A DNA stretch of 64,000 nt from positions 139,562,001 through 139,626,000 of the forward strand of contig OX597818.1 of the NCBI GenBank assembly GCA_951406725.2, in the 5' to 3' direction. The number at the start of each line of letters is the position of its first letter. The first letter of the stretch is position 1. Both the position numbers and the translations under genes were made by a program. The notes under the pieces were generated by a model, which was not told the DNA's origin, did not search any database, and saw only the letters and a program-made list of their open reading frames with translations. Positions 14,146 through 27,835 of this stretch are shown here, one piece after another. Source of the stretch: Octopus vulgaris. Taxonomy: Eukaryota.

Positions 14146-14553
14146 GGCGCAGGAGTGGCTGTGTGGTAATTAGCTTGCTAACCAACCACATGGTTCCGGG
14201 TTCAGTCCCACTGCGTGGCATCTTGGGCAAGTGTCTTCTGCTATAGCCCCGGGCCGACCAATGCCTTGTGAGTGGATTTGGTAGACGGAAACTGAAAGAA
14301 GCCCGTCGTATATATGTATATTTATGTATATGTATGTATGTGTGTGTATTTGTCCCCCTAGCATTGCTTGACAACCGATGCTGGTGTGTTTACGTCCCCG
14401 TCACTTAGCGGTTCGGCAAAAGAGACCGATAGAATAAGTACTGGGCTTACAAAGAATAAGTCCCGGGGTCGAGTTGCTCGACTAAAATCGGTGTTCGAGC
14501 ATGGCCGCAGTCAAATGACTGAAACATGTAAAAGAATAAAAGAGAGAAAAGAG
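14146..14553 (+). mobile_element. SINE family C (CORE-type), full length
   Basis: ggcgcaggagtggctgtgtggtaa head, GGTTCAGTCCC B-box-like, cttgggcaagtg CORE-like motif, short internal TA/TG tract. Confidence 0.92.
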
Positions 14554-14974
14554 TAATGTGTATGAATGCACCATCTTATACAGAAGACATGAGGTAACAG
14601 AGACCAGAGAAATACATTTTTCAATACTAAATACCCAGCCTGTCATATACGACCTGAAATTTCTTTTAAAAGCAAATAAGCGCGGACAAACGAAATTCCA
14701 CCGTTTCAATTTTTATTGCAAAGCATTGTCTGTGAAACTCCTGATAGTTTGCCACAGATATTTCGTCGGGTCTGTTTGAAGGAGATTTCTCACAAAAGTT
14801 GAATTCCGAATCAGCCCAGAAATGATTAAAAAATAAGAACTATTGTAATATTAATTGCTTAGGAAGATCTTATAGACTAGAAAATATCAAGTCCCATGAG
14901 GTTAAAACTGAGGAACATTGAAAACTTTTAATGGGAAGTGAAACATTTAAGTTAAGAATGATCCAACATGGAAT

Positions 14975-15354
14975 GGAAGCACTCCGTCGGTTACGACGAT
15001 GAGGGTTCCGGTTGATCCGAATCAACGGAACAGCCTGCTCGTGAAATTAACGTGTGGCTGAGCACTCCACAGACACGTGTACCCTTAACGTAGTTCTCGG
15101 GGATATTCAGCGTGACACAGAGAGTGACAAGGCTGGCCCCTTGAAATACAGGTACAACAGAAACAGGAAGTAAGAGTGAGAGAAAGTTGTGGTGAAAGAG
15201 TACAGCAGGGATCACCACCATCCCCTGTCGGAGCCTCGTGGAGCTTTAGGTGTTTTCGCTCAATAAACACTCACAACGCCCGGTTTGGAAATCGAAACCG
15301 CGATCCTATGACCGCGAGTCCGCTGCCCTAACCACTGGGCCATTGCGCCTCCAC
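14975..15354 (-). mobile_element. SINE family B
   Basis: Reverse complement of the 8760 copy; TSD TGATCCAACAT. Confidence 0.92.
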
Positions 15355-15585
15355 TGATCCAACATATAAGGTGTAAGAAAAGGTTATCACATGATTTTTG
15401 AATAAAATTCTCATAATCAATCATGAAGAATTACATACAGAGCTTGTTAAAACTCAACTCAGCCAACCAATTAGCAACATTAGCTTCGCATGTTACCTGA
15501 AAAACAATTCAAAATAACCTAAAATTACAGCTTTAATTGTTCCCTACTTATTGAATACGCATATTTATTTGATACATTTCATAAG

Positions 15586-15968
15586 TGGAAGCACTCCGTC
15601 GGTTACGACAACGAGGGTTCCGGTTGATCCGATCAACGGAACAGCCTGCTCGTGAAATTAACGTGTAAGTGGCTGAGCACTCCACAGACACGTGTACCCT
15701 TAACGTAGTTCTCGGGGATATTCAGCGTGACACAGAGAGTGACAAGGCCGGCCCTTTGAAATACAGGTACAAAAGAAACAGGAAGTAAGAGTGAGAGAAA
15801 GTTGTTGTGAAAGAGTACAGCAGGGATCAGCACCATCCCCTATCGGAGCCTTGTGGAGCTTTAGGTGCTTTCGCTCAATAAACACTCACAACGCCCGGTC
15901 TGGGAATCGAAACCGCGATCCTACGACCGCGAGTCCGCTGCCCTAACCACTGGGCCATTGCGCCTCCA
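15586..15968 (-). mobile_element. SINE family B
   Basis: Reverse complement of the 8760 copy; TSD ACATTTCATAA. Confidence 0.92.
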
Positions 15969-16577
15969 CATTTCATAAAGGACGGTAGTGACGGTAACTC
16001 TTTATATGACCTCACAGACTAGTGGGAGGGCAGAAGGTGTCATTTAATTGGAGAACTAGCATAAAATGAACAGAAACATGTGTCCAGCTACGTACAGTAG
16101 GACTGAACCTGAAACCACTTGTTTGCGAAGTGAACTTCATAATCAGAAAAACATGCCTTCGCCAATGCTAATGATAATATGAATATTATCATTATCCACA
16201 TTATCATTAGTATTGCCGTTGTGGAGTAAGATTGCTCGTAGAGGTTCATTGCATAAAGATGGCGTCCGACTAAAATTACTATCATACATTTCATGAGCAA
16301 AAAGCCTATGGTTGTAAGCTTACAACGGTCCAATCACTGGTTCACTGCATTCTTGACAAGATTGTCCAGGAAATATCCGTGCAATTCGAGCGGAACAAAT
16401 AGCAGGAAAGTTATTAATATTATTTTTCTCGCTCACTGCAACATATCGGTTTTCCAACTGATGGAAACATTTTTCACCGGCACACATCGGTGAAATGAAT
16501 AAATAAACAAATAAATATATATGTGTGTGCGTATCGCCGACTCTTCTCTCTCTTCTTCTCTCTCTCTCTCACTCTCT

Positions 16578-16628
<51 letters not shown>

Positions 16629-16661
16629 TATATATATGTACACATGCATATATATATACAT

Positions 16662-16713
<52 letters not shown>

Positions 16714-16852
16714 AATTATGACATTGGGCTATGTATATATATCTATATATATATTTATATATATCTATATATATATATCTATATATATAAATGGTGGTGC
16801 CCCAGCATGGCCACAGCTCAAGAGCAGAAACTGGAAAATATAAACATAAACA

Positions 16853-16916
<64 letters not shown>

Positions 16917-17149
16917 GTGTGTGTGTGTGTTGTGTGTGTGTGTATATGTATGTATGTATGCATGTATATAAATTCATTGAAGCAGAAAAGGCTTCACAAA
17001 CCGTTGTCCGTAGCCGATTACCAGACAGATGTGGGTATGTATTTTCTCCACTTTGTTTATTTTTATACCTATTTATCGACATGTAGGTACGTTTGTATTT
17101 ACGTATATATGTCTGTATGGATATGTGCAGATTTGTAGGTTTTGCTTTA

Positions 17150-17342
17150 TGTATGTATCCTTATGCATATAGTTGCATATCAAGACATGCTCATATTAAA
17201 ATGACAAACTTCGGGAAAGTTTCACAGATTTTTACAGTTCCAGTGATGGATTGTATCTGTAGTCTTCGGATTAGATTTCTCATTTCTGGTTTTGAGAACC
17301 CCAATTGCTCAAGATTGCTATTTAAGCAGTGTATACCCCAGT
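17150..17342 (-). mobile_element. 3' end + UTR of a REL-endonuclease non-LTR retrotransposon
   Basis: ORF end ...LQIQSITGTVKICETFPKFVILI*, then a UTR (catgtcttgatatgcaactatatgcat) also seen at ~60780-60857; a likely upstream piece of the same type lies at 51705-51830. Confidence 0.7.
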
Positions 17343-18284
17343 AAAAGAAAAAAATAGATGTAACAACCTGAATTGTTTTGCACACATAATCATTTTTTCC
17401 TTCATCTCCCATTTTTCTTGATAAAGGGAATTTTAACTCCGAAATGTTGAAAAATAAGTTATGTATGTAAAAAGCTTTTTGTTTCATTTACCCACGTTTA
17501 TTTCAAGTTTGATTAATAGTGGCTTTCAGTTTTCACTAAAACAATTTTAACAATTTTTGGTTTTCGCACACATACATACGCATTCACATATGCACGTACT
17601 TCCATCTTTACATACATGCTTACACACAAATACTTGCATGCACACATATGTACATACAAGTTCTCGCTCATATCAACGCCTATACTTACGCACATATATC
17701 TATATTGCAAGAGGTATTGCAAAAGAATGACTCTTTTAAAAATTATTTTACTACTTCAGTTCCATTATGTCTAAATGTAATTATCTAGTGTCTATTTAAG
17801 TAACTAATATTAATTTTCTGATCAGATTTTCTGGAAGAGCATCGCTGATTAGATAGAATAAATGGGACAGCGGAGTGAGACAAAAGAGAGAGAGAGAGAG
17901 AGAAAGAGAGGGAGGAAATGTTAGCTATTATTACTAAAACACTAAAAATAATTGTTGTTTAGCCCTAGGTCGGTCTAGATGAAATAGACACCAGCGAAGA
18001 TATACCAACTGTGATCTATCATCCCGTCTTTACTCCTCATATGCGATATCTAACACTGCATCATTCAATGCCTCTTTCGTCCTTAAACACAAACAGAGTT
18101 TGTGAAAACTTTACCGCTGTGTGCCGACAATATAAAGACTCTTCCAATGGCCCAAAAAGCTGAATGTTTATTATCAGAAGAAATCAGTATTCAAAGCTGT
18201 AGTACCTAATAATTTACTTGTTCTAGCCATTGGGCAGTGGCCATACTGACTCACCGCCTTGAAAATATTAGTCAAACAAATGGA

Positions 18285-18372
18285 TTTCTTCCGTTTTTAG
18301 GCTTCATGTTCAGGTTATCTTTATATCCAGATCTTTGTATTTTGAGAGTTTCTCCGTTTCTTTTAGCGATAT
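18285..18372 (-). pseudogene. R4/Dong REL endonuclease sliver next to (ATT)n/(ATC)n
   Basis: ISLKETEKLSKYKDLDIKIT (EK..KY.DL motif). Confidence 0.6.
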
Positions 18373-18403
18373 TATTATTATAATTATTATAATTATTATT
18401 ATA

Positions 18404-18440
<37 letters not shown>

Positions 18441-18454
18441 GTATTAGTATTATT

Positions 18455-18502
<48 letters not shown>

Positions 18503-18559
18503 GTCATCATCATCATCATCATCATGATTCTTGATTTTTTTCCATTTGTACATGAAGGT

Positions 18560-19260
18560 GTGGGGTAAAACAGGAATGCGTGCTTGCTCCTACCCTGTTA
18601 AACATCTACTACGCTGTCATGCTGAAGTATGCATTTGGTACGCAAAACGACGGCGTTTGCCTCCACACAAGGTCGGTCGGTAAACTATTCCATCTGTCAT
18701 GGCTCAATGCCAAGGCCAAACTCCGCAAAATTTATCGATGAAGCAGCTCCAATAGCTCATTCAATGCAAAAAATGATGAACAATCTCAACCGAGCGTGCT
18801 GTGCCTTCAGCTTAACAATCAGGCAATAGAAGACGAAGGTAATGGGCCAAGGAATCTCGGATCCCCCGTCGTTACCATCGATAAGCATTCACTCGATGCG
18901 GTCCGTGACTTTACGTACCTTGGCTCAACAATTACGTAAGGTCTCACATTCGACCAAAAGCTAAACAGCAAAATCAGGTTAGCAGCTTCGACCTTCGCCA
19001 AACTAGCTTAAAAAGTGTTGTTAAACGGTAAGCTGACGAGATCCACCAAATTCACAGCCTATAAAGAATGTGTCCTCAGCATCTTGCTATATGGTGGTGA
19101 GACCGCATCTCACCAAAAACGAGATGCTTATCCATTCCCAGCTGTTAACTACTTTCACGCTACTTCGGCAATGCCGTCTCAGCTGGCTGGGTCACGTGCG
19201 CCGGATGCCTGATGGGAGGTAACCGAAAGATATACTGTATGGGGAGCTAGACTCCGAAAG
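18560..19260 (+). pseudogene. RTE-clade LINE reverse transcriptase fragment (decayed)
   Basis: GVKQECVLAPTLLNIY...SLTI...KTKVM...FTYLGSTIT...AASTFAKL...TKFTAYKECVLSILLYGGET...WLGHVRRMPDGR*PKDILYGEL. Confidence 0.88.
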
Positions 19261-19283
19261 ACGTACTCGCCGACTGCATCAGG

Positions 19284-19618
<335 letters not shown>

Positions 19619-20032
19619 AATTCCCTTTTCATCTGCATGTTTTTTTACAATCACTTGCCAAAAGAGAGACTAACTTAACACTTCCCATTGACCACAAATG
19701 TTATGTTTTCCCATGCTAATAGTTAATATGATTCATTCTTCTTGAATTCTTTGTAACAGACCTTATTGTCGGCTGGACAAGCCACATCTAAAAACAACAT
19801 TCTTTTTGATGACTTTGATAATCACCATTATATCTGGTTTGCGGTCTTCAGCTTCATGGTCACATTGTACCATAAAGTTCCATTGGCGGAATCCCTCCTA
19901 GGGATCGCCCTACCAACCACGTTTAATAAGGTGTAGCAGGCGGTATTCATTTGCCTTATGGCTATGACTAAGGTTTCCAAGTTTTCTACACTTTATAAGG
20001 TGAACAATGCTGGCAACGGTTACCATTCTATA

Positions 20033-20264
20033 AAGGCGGCGAGCTGGCAGAAACGTTAGCACGCCGGGCGAAATGCTTAGCGGTATTTCGTCTGCGTTAC
20101 GTTGTGAGTTCAAATTCCGCCGAGGTCGAATTTGCCTTTCATCCTTTTGGGGTCGATAAATTAAGTACAAGTTACGCACTGGGGTCGATGTAATCGACTT
20201 AATACCTATGTCTGTCCTTGTTTGTCCCATCTGTGTTTAGCCCCTTGTGGGTAATAAAGAAATA
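20033..20264 (+). mobile_element. SINE family A, full length
   Basis: TSD GGTTACCATTCTATA at 20018-20032 and 20265-20279. Confidence 0.92.
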
Positions 20265-20621
20265 GGTTACCATTCTATAGACCAGTAGTGGAAGAAGGGA
20301 TTTGGCTTTTGGCCTGGAAAGAACTCTAGATGCTAATAAGGGGAGTTTTTCTTCGGCTCTTTTTGAGAATTTTCAAATACGGTGTTATCAACATGAGCCC
20401 AAACTCTTTGACCTGGTAGCAATGAAACTGGCTTTTGTTCAGCGCATTTGTATCGTTTGTTTATGGGTTTATGTTAAACATCTTTTGTCACACTGTTTCT
20501 TGTAGGTTTGGCAAATTTATAGTGAATTCCTTCTTCTGAAGCCATGTTTGGCGGTGCTGATTGATGAGTGACATAAAGTGCGTGATAGCGAAACCTTCGT
20601 GCCGTTTACGAAAACCAACCA

Positions 20622-20727
20622 CATATGTATGTGTGTATGTATGTATGTATGTATGTATGTATGTATGTATGTATGTATGTATGTATGTATGTATGTATGT
20701 ATGTATGTATGTATGTTTGTATGTATG

Positions 20728-20761
<34 letters not shown>

Positions 20762-20908
20762 TGTATGTATGTATGTATGTATGTATGTATGTATGCATGC
20801 ATGTATGTATGTATGTATGTATGTATGTATGTATGTATGTAGAAATGTATGTATGTATGTAGATATGTATGTATGTATGTATGTATGTGTGTGTATGTAT
20901 GTATGTAT
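20622..20908. repeat. (TATG)n microsatellite
   Basis: Direct reading. Confidence 0.95.
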
Positions 20909-20933
20909 CTCTTTCTCTGTGTGAATATATATA

Positions 20934-20967
<34 letters not shown>

Positions 20968-21064
20968 TCACACACAAACAGACACATATATAAGCGTATG
21001 CAAATATTCCCGCGTATCTATAGATATGTGTGTATGTATATATAAATACACATGTATTTATATC

Positions 21065-21100
<36 letters not shown>

Positions 21101-21123
21101 ATATATACTGCATATGTACACAC

Positions 21124-21165
<42 letters not shown>

Positions 21166-21444
21166 GTATGTATTGTGAATTTCACATCATCGGCGACTCC
21201 TTGTTGCGTGTCGTCTTTCTTCACGAAATTAGTAATTGGTTTATTCCTTCAAATGTGAGGTTGCTTTTATTTAAGTAATCTCGTATGCGCTAAAATAAAC
21301 AGAAATAGCCAAACAAATCACATACACAGACATGCACGCACACGCGTGTACGCGTGTATATATATGTACGTATGTTTATCATATTATTGTTATATATTAT
21401 ATATCTATCCCAATATTCATACATAGTGCAAATACATATGGCAA

Positions 21445-21528
<84 letters not shown>

Positions 21529-21946
21529 ACATACACACATATATATATGTATGGTGATACTTGAAATGTGATTGACTCCAGGCTTCTTTCATGAAATGTT
21601 AATTTGATACTGGACACAAGAAATGAATATAACGCAATTCCTAAGACCTCGCGCGTACACTCACAAATTATACATGCACACACCCACATTAATTTGCCTT
21701 CGCATATACATACAAATACAAACTTAACGACGTATTTCTATAAATGGTTTCATTAATTGGACACTCCAATTGCATGTGTGTCACTCTCACTGTCAGTATA
21801 TATATATAATTAATGAGGCTAGAAATTGATACTTTAGTGGTCATTCCTCTCAATTTTTGTATATATATATATATACCGGAGTAAACACATAAATGTGAAA
21901 CAAGGTGGAAAAAAGAGTACTCAAATACCAGTGGTAGAGTAATATG

Positions 21947-22104
21947 CTTTATTTTAAGCAGCAGAAAATTCAACAAAATCTGTTACTCTGAGTTTCTCGT
22001 TGCCGTTCATCAGACAGTTTTTGCTAGCAAAAACTGTCTGATGAACGGCAACGAGAAACTCAGAGTAACAGATTTTGTTGAATTTTCTGCTGCTTAAAAT
22101 AAAG
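21947..22104. mobile_element. Perfect 158-bp spacerless palindrome: inverted Penelope-type pseudo-LTR pair
   Basis: 79-bp arms centred on TTGCT|AGCAA (22025/22026); each arm carries a hammerhead motif. Confidence 0.8.
22034..22071 (+). ncRNA. Minimal type I hammerhead ribozyme (C3-G8 core); mirror copy on - strand at 21980-22017
   Basis: CUGU [CUGAUGA] ACG-GCAA-CGA [GAAA] CUC-A-GAG UA^ ACAG: stem I CUGU/ACAG, near-palindromic stem III, predicted cleavage after 22067. Confidence 0.75.
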
Positions 22105-22113
22105 TATATATAT

Positions 22114-22147
<34 letters not shown>

Positions 22148-22621
22148 TACTTTTTTTCGTTCGGCGTTAACAGCCCTTCTTATCTTGTTTTTCCTTGTCC
22201 TGTCTTTTACTGCTTATATTTTTGTACTGTCATTACTGTCCTATTTTTGTTACCATTTTTACCCCTCTGCGAAAAGATCTCAAATTTTAATTGATTTGCT
22301 TTTCGCAGGAAGGAAAGTTTCTTATCGAAGATACGTCTCACCTTCACCTTCGAAACGTAGAGTAGATGAAACCATGGCGACTGAAGAAGGGGTTTTTTCT
22401 TTGTGTTAATTGTCCTGTACTCTATTTTTTTGTTGTTTAAAAAAATGTCCAATTTCTTGGGTTTATGTCTATGTTTTCGTTTCTCATTGTGTTCGAATTT
22501 TTTTTGGTGTCCTGTACTCATATATGCGTGTATATATACATGTAGAGGTTGGTACGTACATATACGTATATATATATATATGCATATGTTTTATTTATTA
22601 ATATATATATATATGTACTGT

Positions 22622-22875
22622 TGTGTCTGGGGAGAGTCATTTTCTTTTTGTGCCTTATAATTAACACACTCACCGGAAATATTGCCACTTATTTTTATTT
22701 TCCTAAAATAAATTTTCGTTGCTTCTTACAACTTCTTTAGTAGTCAAGATTATTGAAAAGGTTGCCAAACGCAACGAAAGTTTTAGGAAAATAAAAATAA
22801 GGAATAAGTGGAAATTTTACCGGTGAGTGTATTAAATTATAAGGTAGTAAAAGAAAATAACTCTCCCCAGACACA
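22622..22875. mobile_element. Imperfect ~250-bp foldback (inverted Penelope-type terminal repeats)
   Basis: tgtgtctggggagagt...caccgg...ttttcctaaaa..ttcgttgc pairs with gcaacgaa..ttttaggaaaa...ccggtgagtgt...actctccccagacaca. Confidence 0.75.
22750..22786 (+). ncRNA. Hammerhead-like fold with U3-A8 variant core
   Basis: UUA [UUGAAAA] G GUUGC-CAAAC-GCAAC [GAAA] GU U U^ UAG; 5-bp stem II, weak stems I and III. Confidence 0.45.
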
Positions 22876-23095
22876 TCTGTTATTTTATTATTGATCTTCT
22901 ATGTAAATGAAACTATATAATTTAACTTGCTGCTTTTCTTTACAAGAACTAAGCAGATACAATTGCAGAACTATTATTTTAACGAGTTGTATCCGTCGGA
23001 TGCTACTGAACCAGTTGTTAAGTGTCCCACCCGTGAGGGATCGATGCTAGATGAAACACTAGTAGTGACTAATAAAAACTCTCGTTACCAGACAC

Positions 23096-23285
<190 letters not shown>

Positions 23286-23536
23286 TATATCATTCGCCCT
23301 GACATATCGCTAGCCACTACACACATTTTTCTCTCCTTCTTTATGAAATAAGTACCAGTTGAGCACTGTGATCGATGTAATCGACTTATTCCCTCCCCCT
23401 AAACATGGGTTGACTTGTACCAATATTTAAACCCATGTAAGCATATATGTAGAGTAAATTATAGATAAACTCTTGCATTCTTTCTTCAATGCACGCTTTT
23501 CAAAATACACAATCTATAAGCAAATGTAGTGGTATA

Positions 23537-23907
23537 CTCTCTTACTTGTTTCAGTCATTTGACTGCGGCCATGCTGGAGCACCGCCTTTAGTCGAGCAAA
23601 TCGACCCCGGGACTTATTTTATCGGTCTCTTTTGCCGAACCGCTAGGTGACGGGGACGTAAACACATCGGTTGTCAAGCAATGTTAGGGGTACAAACACA
23701 GACACACAAATACATATACACACACATATATATATATATACATATATACGACAGGTTTCTTTCAGTTTCCGTCTACCAAATCCACTCACAAGGCATTGGT
23801 CGGCCCGGAGCTATAGTAGAAGACACTTGTCCAAGGTGCAACGCAGTGGGACTGAACCCGGAACCATGTGGTTGGTTAGCAAGCTACTTACCACACAGCC
23901 ACTCCTG
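23537..23907 (-). mobile_element. SINE family C with an internal deletion
   Basis: Homologous to the 4983-5388 copy. Confidence 0.9.
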
Positions 23908-24391
23908 GTATAAAACATAAACTAAATGTAATTGCACTTAACTCTTCAAATTTCGATTATTTGAAATCTCTCAAAGCTTGGACACTAAGAAATGCCATCC
24001 TTTCCGAAGACCAAACGAAATACTCCAGTATAGAAAGAAAGAATTTGACTTTGTTTATTTACCAAAAATCTCTCAGTCTGTCGATTTGTCTGCCTTTTTC
24101 TCTCTATGTCTATGTCTTACTCTTAACCTTTTTTTTCCCTTTTTTCTTCTTTTTTTCATTTCTCTTTTCTTTTGTTCCTTTTCCATTTTTTCTTTTTTTT
24201 CTTTTTTTTAATTTTATTTTTTGTTCTTTTTTTCCCTTTTACGATCCCTTTTGATCGAAAACCTACGCCACCTTTTTTTTGTTTCTTTTGTTTTTTTGTT
24301 TTTTGTTTTTTTTCATCCCTCAAAAGAAAAGCTCTACCTTGTAACTTGCCCCGTCTGTGTGCAGCCCTGTGTGACCAATAAAGAAACTTAT

Positions 24392-24514
<123 letters not shown>

Positions 24515-24704
24515 AGAAACTATACATTTATCTATCTACCTATAAATTTTCCTACTATCCACATATTTTACATTAGAATCGAAAAATTTCAGTTAATATT
24601 TGACAGCGAACATTAGATTTATTTAGATATAGATGCAAAATTCAGTGCAGTGCCAAAATTGCTATTATCGGTGTAAGTATTATCACAAAATTTATTATCA
24701 CACA

Positions 24705-24825
<121 letters not shown>

Positions 24826-24998
24826 GTTCTTGTTGCGGTTGTTGTTAGAGTTATGCCCCTAACTCTTATTGATGTTACTTTTTAGGTTCGGATCGATCCT
24901 CAGCCGACAAACCTATATTGAAATACATTCCAGCAATATCCATCTCGCCTTTTCTTGTAAATGTTAGTGTCACATCATCGTATCCACGCTACTTTAAT

Positions 24999-25066
<68 letters not shown>

Positions 25067-25554
25067 TATAATGATAGTGGCATATAGCCACATATTATCA
25101 GAGAATTCGTGTGGCCCATTGAATCACCCTCAATATTGTATTGCTTCTCTCAAGGAGCCTCTTGATGGTTGCTTGACTTGCTAGATATAGCAGCAAAGCT
25201 CTCACTAAAACCATACGTTATTGTTGAAAGTTTGGAAAAACATTGAATGGTGCCGTTTTCAAAATAACACTACACCGTTTTATGAAAGGAAATATATATT
25301 GGATAATGGAATTTTATAATATCTTGTGTTGACGGATAAACACATTGTTTCTTTTTTTCCATTTATTTTAATCACATTAAGTGAAGTTGAAGGTGACGGT
25401 ATCATGACAGCAACTTATCTGTTGTACCTATTCCCCGGCGGATTGTCGTGGATTCTTGTGGATGAGTTCGTTCAATAAGCTATCAGTGAATGAAAAGTTC
25501 AGCTGGAACTAAGAGAATGAGTGTGGTAGAATTCCTCACCCTTGAAGTATCAAG

Positions 25555-25676
25555 ACCATTTCTATGCAATTCTTTCAGTAATAGCCCCCTCTCCGTACTT
25601 ATGTCTCGAGAACGGCATTGTCCGTTTTGAAATCCTTGACTGAAAGCGAAGACAAGCATATATCAAAATACTCATC
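25555..25676 (-). pseudogene. Mariner-like transposase N-terminal (HTH) remnant
   Basis: Minus strand reads ...FAFSQGF.../YGEGAITERIA*KW, resembling the mariner N-terminal YGE.A..ERT..KWF motif. Confidence 0.45.
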
Positions 25677-25904
25677 GGCGAGCTGGCAGTAACGTTAGCA
25701 CGCCGGGCGAAATGCTTAGCAGTATTTCGGCTGCCGTTACGTTGTGAGTTCAAATTCCGCCGAGGTCGACTTTGCCTTTCATCTTTTCGGGGTCGATAAA
25801 TTAAGTACCAGTTACGCACTGGGGTCGATATAATCGACTTAATACCTATGTCTGTCCTTGTTTGTCCCCTCTGTGTTTAGCCCCTTGTGGGTAGTAAAGA
25901 AATA
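25677..25904 (+). mobile_element. SINE family A
   Basis: Near-identical to the 4157 copy; the tail AAAGAAATA is followed by GGT. Confidence 0.9.
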
Positions 25905-26232
25905 GGTTTCTACTTTGGCAATCCAACATCATATCCCCGAAGAGAGGTAAAATTTATTCAAATATCAGTGGCGATCCAACATTACTTCTCAGTACAGTCG
26001 CTACTTCCACTTCTTAATGGAGATGTTTTAACTAACTACTTTGCTTGCTGGAAGATCAGTGATGGGTTGTCACATATTTTTCTATATATTGCGAGTTGGA
26101 GAATATTACTGCTATCACCACATTGGATGAGAACAAATAGCTCGAAACCATACTATTTAGTTGTCTTGTCGTCTGCTAGAAGATGGTATGGGTTTACTTC
26201 CCTGCTTGCAATATTTATATATTTATATCGAG

Positions 26233-26622
26233 TGCGGAGGCGCAATGGCCCAGTGGTTAGGGCAGCGGACTCGCTGTCGTAGGATCGCGGTTTCGATTCC
26301 CAGACCGGGCGTTGTGAGTGTTTATTGAGCGAAAACACCTAAAGCTCCACGAGGCTCCGGCAGGGATGGTGGTGATCCCTGCTGTACTCTTTCACCACAA
26401 CTTTCTCTCACTCTTACTTCCTGTTTCCGTTGTACCTGTATTTCAAAGGGCCGGTCTTGTCACTCTCTGTGTCACGCTGAATATCCCCGAGAACTACGTT
26501 AAGGGTACACGTGTCTGTGGAGTGCTCAGCCACTAACACAATAATTTCACGAGCTGGCTGTTCCGTTGATCGGATCAACCGGAACCCTCGTCGTCGTAAC
26601 CGACGGAGTGCTTCCATCCATC
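26233..26622 (+). mobile_element. SINE family B with (TCCA)n tail
   Basis: TSD TATATCGAGTGC. Confidence 0.92.
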
Positions 26623-27342
26623 CATATATCGAGTGCAAATTGCATGGACAAACAGCTGGAAGAGGTTCCTTCTGGGATTAAAAACGGTAGTAATGTCGGT
26701 TCCTACGAAACAGCCGTAGTGAAGTGGCGATACACATTACTTCTCGGTATTGTTACTACATTCGTCTCTTATAGATTTTCTAACGAGCTACTTAGCTTGA
26801 TAATAGAGCAAAATTATAAAGGAAGAACAAAACTACGAAATTCATAAAGCACTAGAATAAAAAAATGTTTTTCGTATGTTTAATTCATATAACATGGGAA
26901 AGAAACGAACGAATTTATCTTAAAGCCTAATATAATATAAAAAATTTGGCCGCTCCATGACCAAAGGTTAACTGGATGAACATTGATCTGTTGTTGAACA
27001 ATCACAAGGACAATAAGAACATAAGCAACAGCACAATAAGAGCAAGATCAATAACCAGAGAATAATGGTTTCAAATTTTGGCAAAGCGTCAGCGGATTTT
27101 AAGGGGAGGGGTAAGTCGATCTTATTTTATTGAACTTGAAAAGATGAAATGCGAAGTCGACATCGGAAGAATTTGAACTCAGAACGGAAAGACAGACGAA
27201 ATGGTGCTAAGCATTTTGTCTATCATGCTAACGATTTTGTCTGGTCACCACTTAACAATAATGAGAACAATAAGAATGACTACAACAGTAATAACAAGAT
27301 GAATTATAGTGACAGCAATGATAATATCAGAAACCAGTCGAC

Positions 27343-27585
27343 ACGCGTGGCTTAGTGGTTCGGGCGTTGGACTCATGGTCGTAAGATGGAGGTTTCGATT
27401 GCTGGACCGGGCGATGCGTTGTGTTTTTGAGCGAAAAACACTTCACGTCACATTGCTTCAGTCTACTCAGCTGGCAAAAATGAATAATCCTGCCATGGAC
27501 CGGCGTCCTGTCCTGGTGGGGAATTTATACGCGACGGGAACCAGGAAACCAGCCCTTATGAGTCAGTATGACTTGAAAAGGAAGG
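27343..27585 (+). mobile_element. Older tRNA-derived SINE (family D)
   Basis: A-box TGGCTTAGTGG, B-box GGTTTCGATTGC; head related to family B, different body and tail. Confidence 0.7.
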
Positions 27586-27835
27586 ACGGTATAAAAAAAC
27601 GCAGAGCATAAAGTAAAACAACAACAGTAACAACATCCTGAACAACAACTAAACAACAATGATAACAACGGCTCCAATAACATAACATCAGCATTGTCAA
27701 CAACCGTAGCAGTGACTGTAGCAACAATAGCAACAACAACGGAAACATCAGGAATAATCAAAATAGCATCACTTCCACCACCACCACCACCATCACCATT
27801 ATCATCATCATCATCATCATCATCATCATCTTCAC

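Noticed and set aside
22340-22395. Type II hammerhead (CCUUC GAAACGUA ... CUGAAGA AGGGG)
   Set aside because: Core segments are present but no stem I forms and stem II would rely on G-U pairs.
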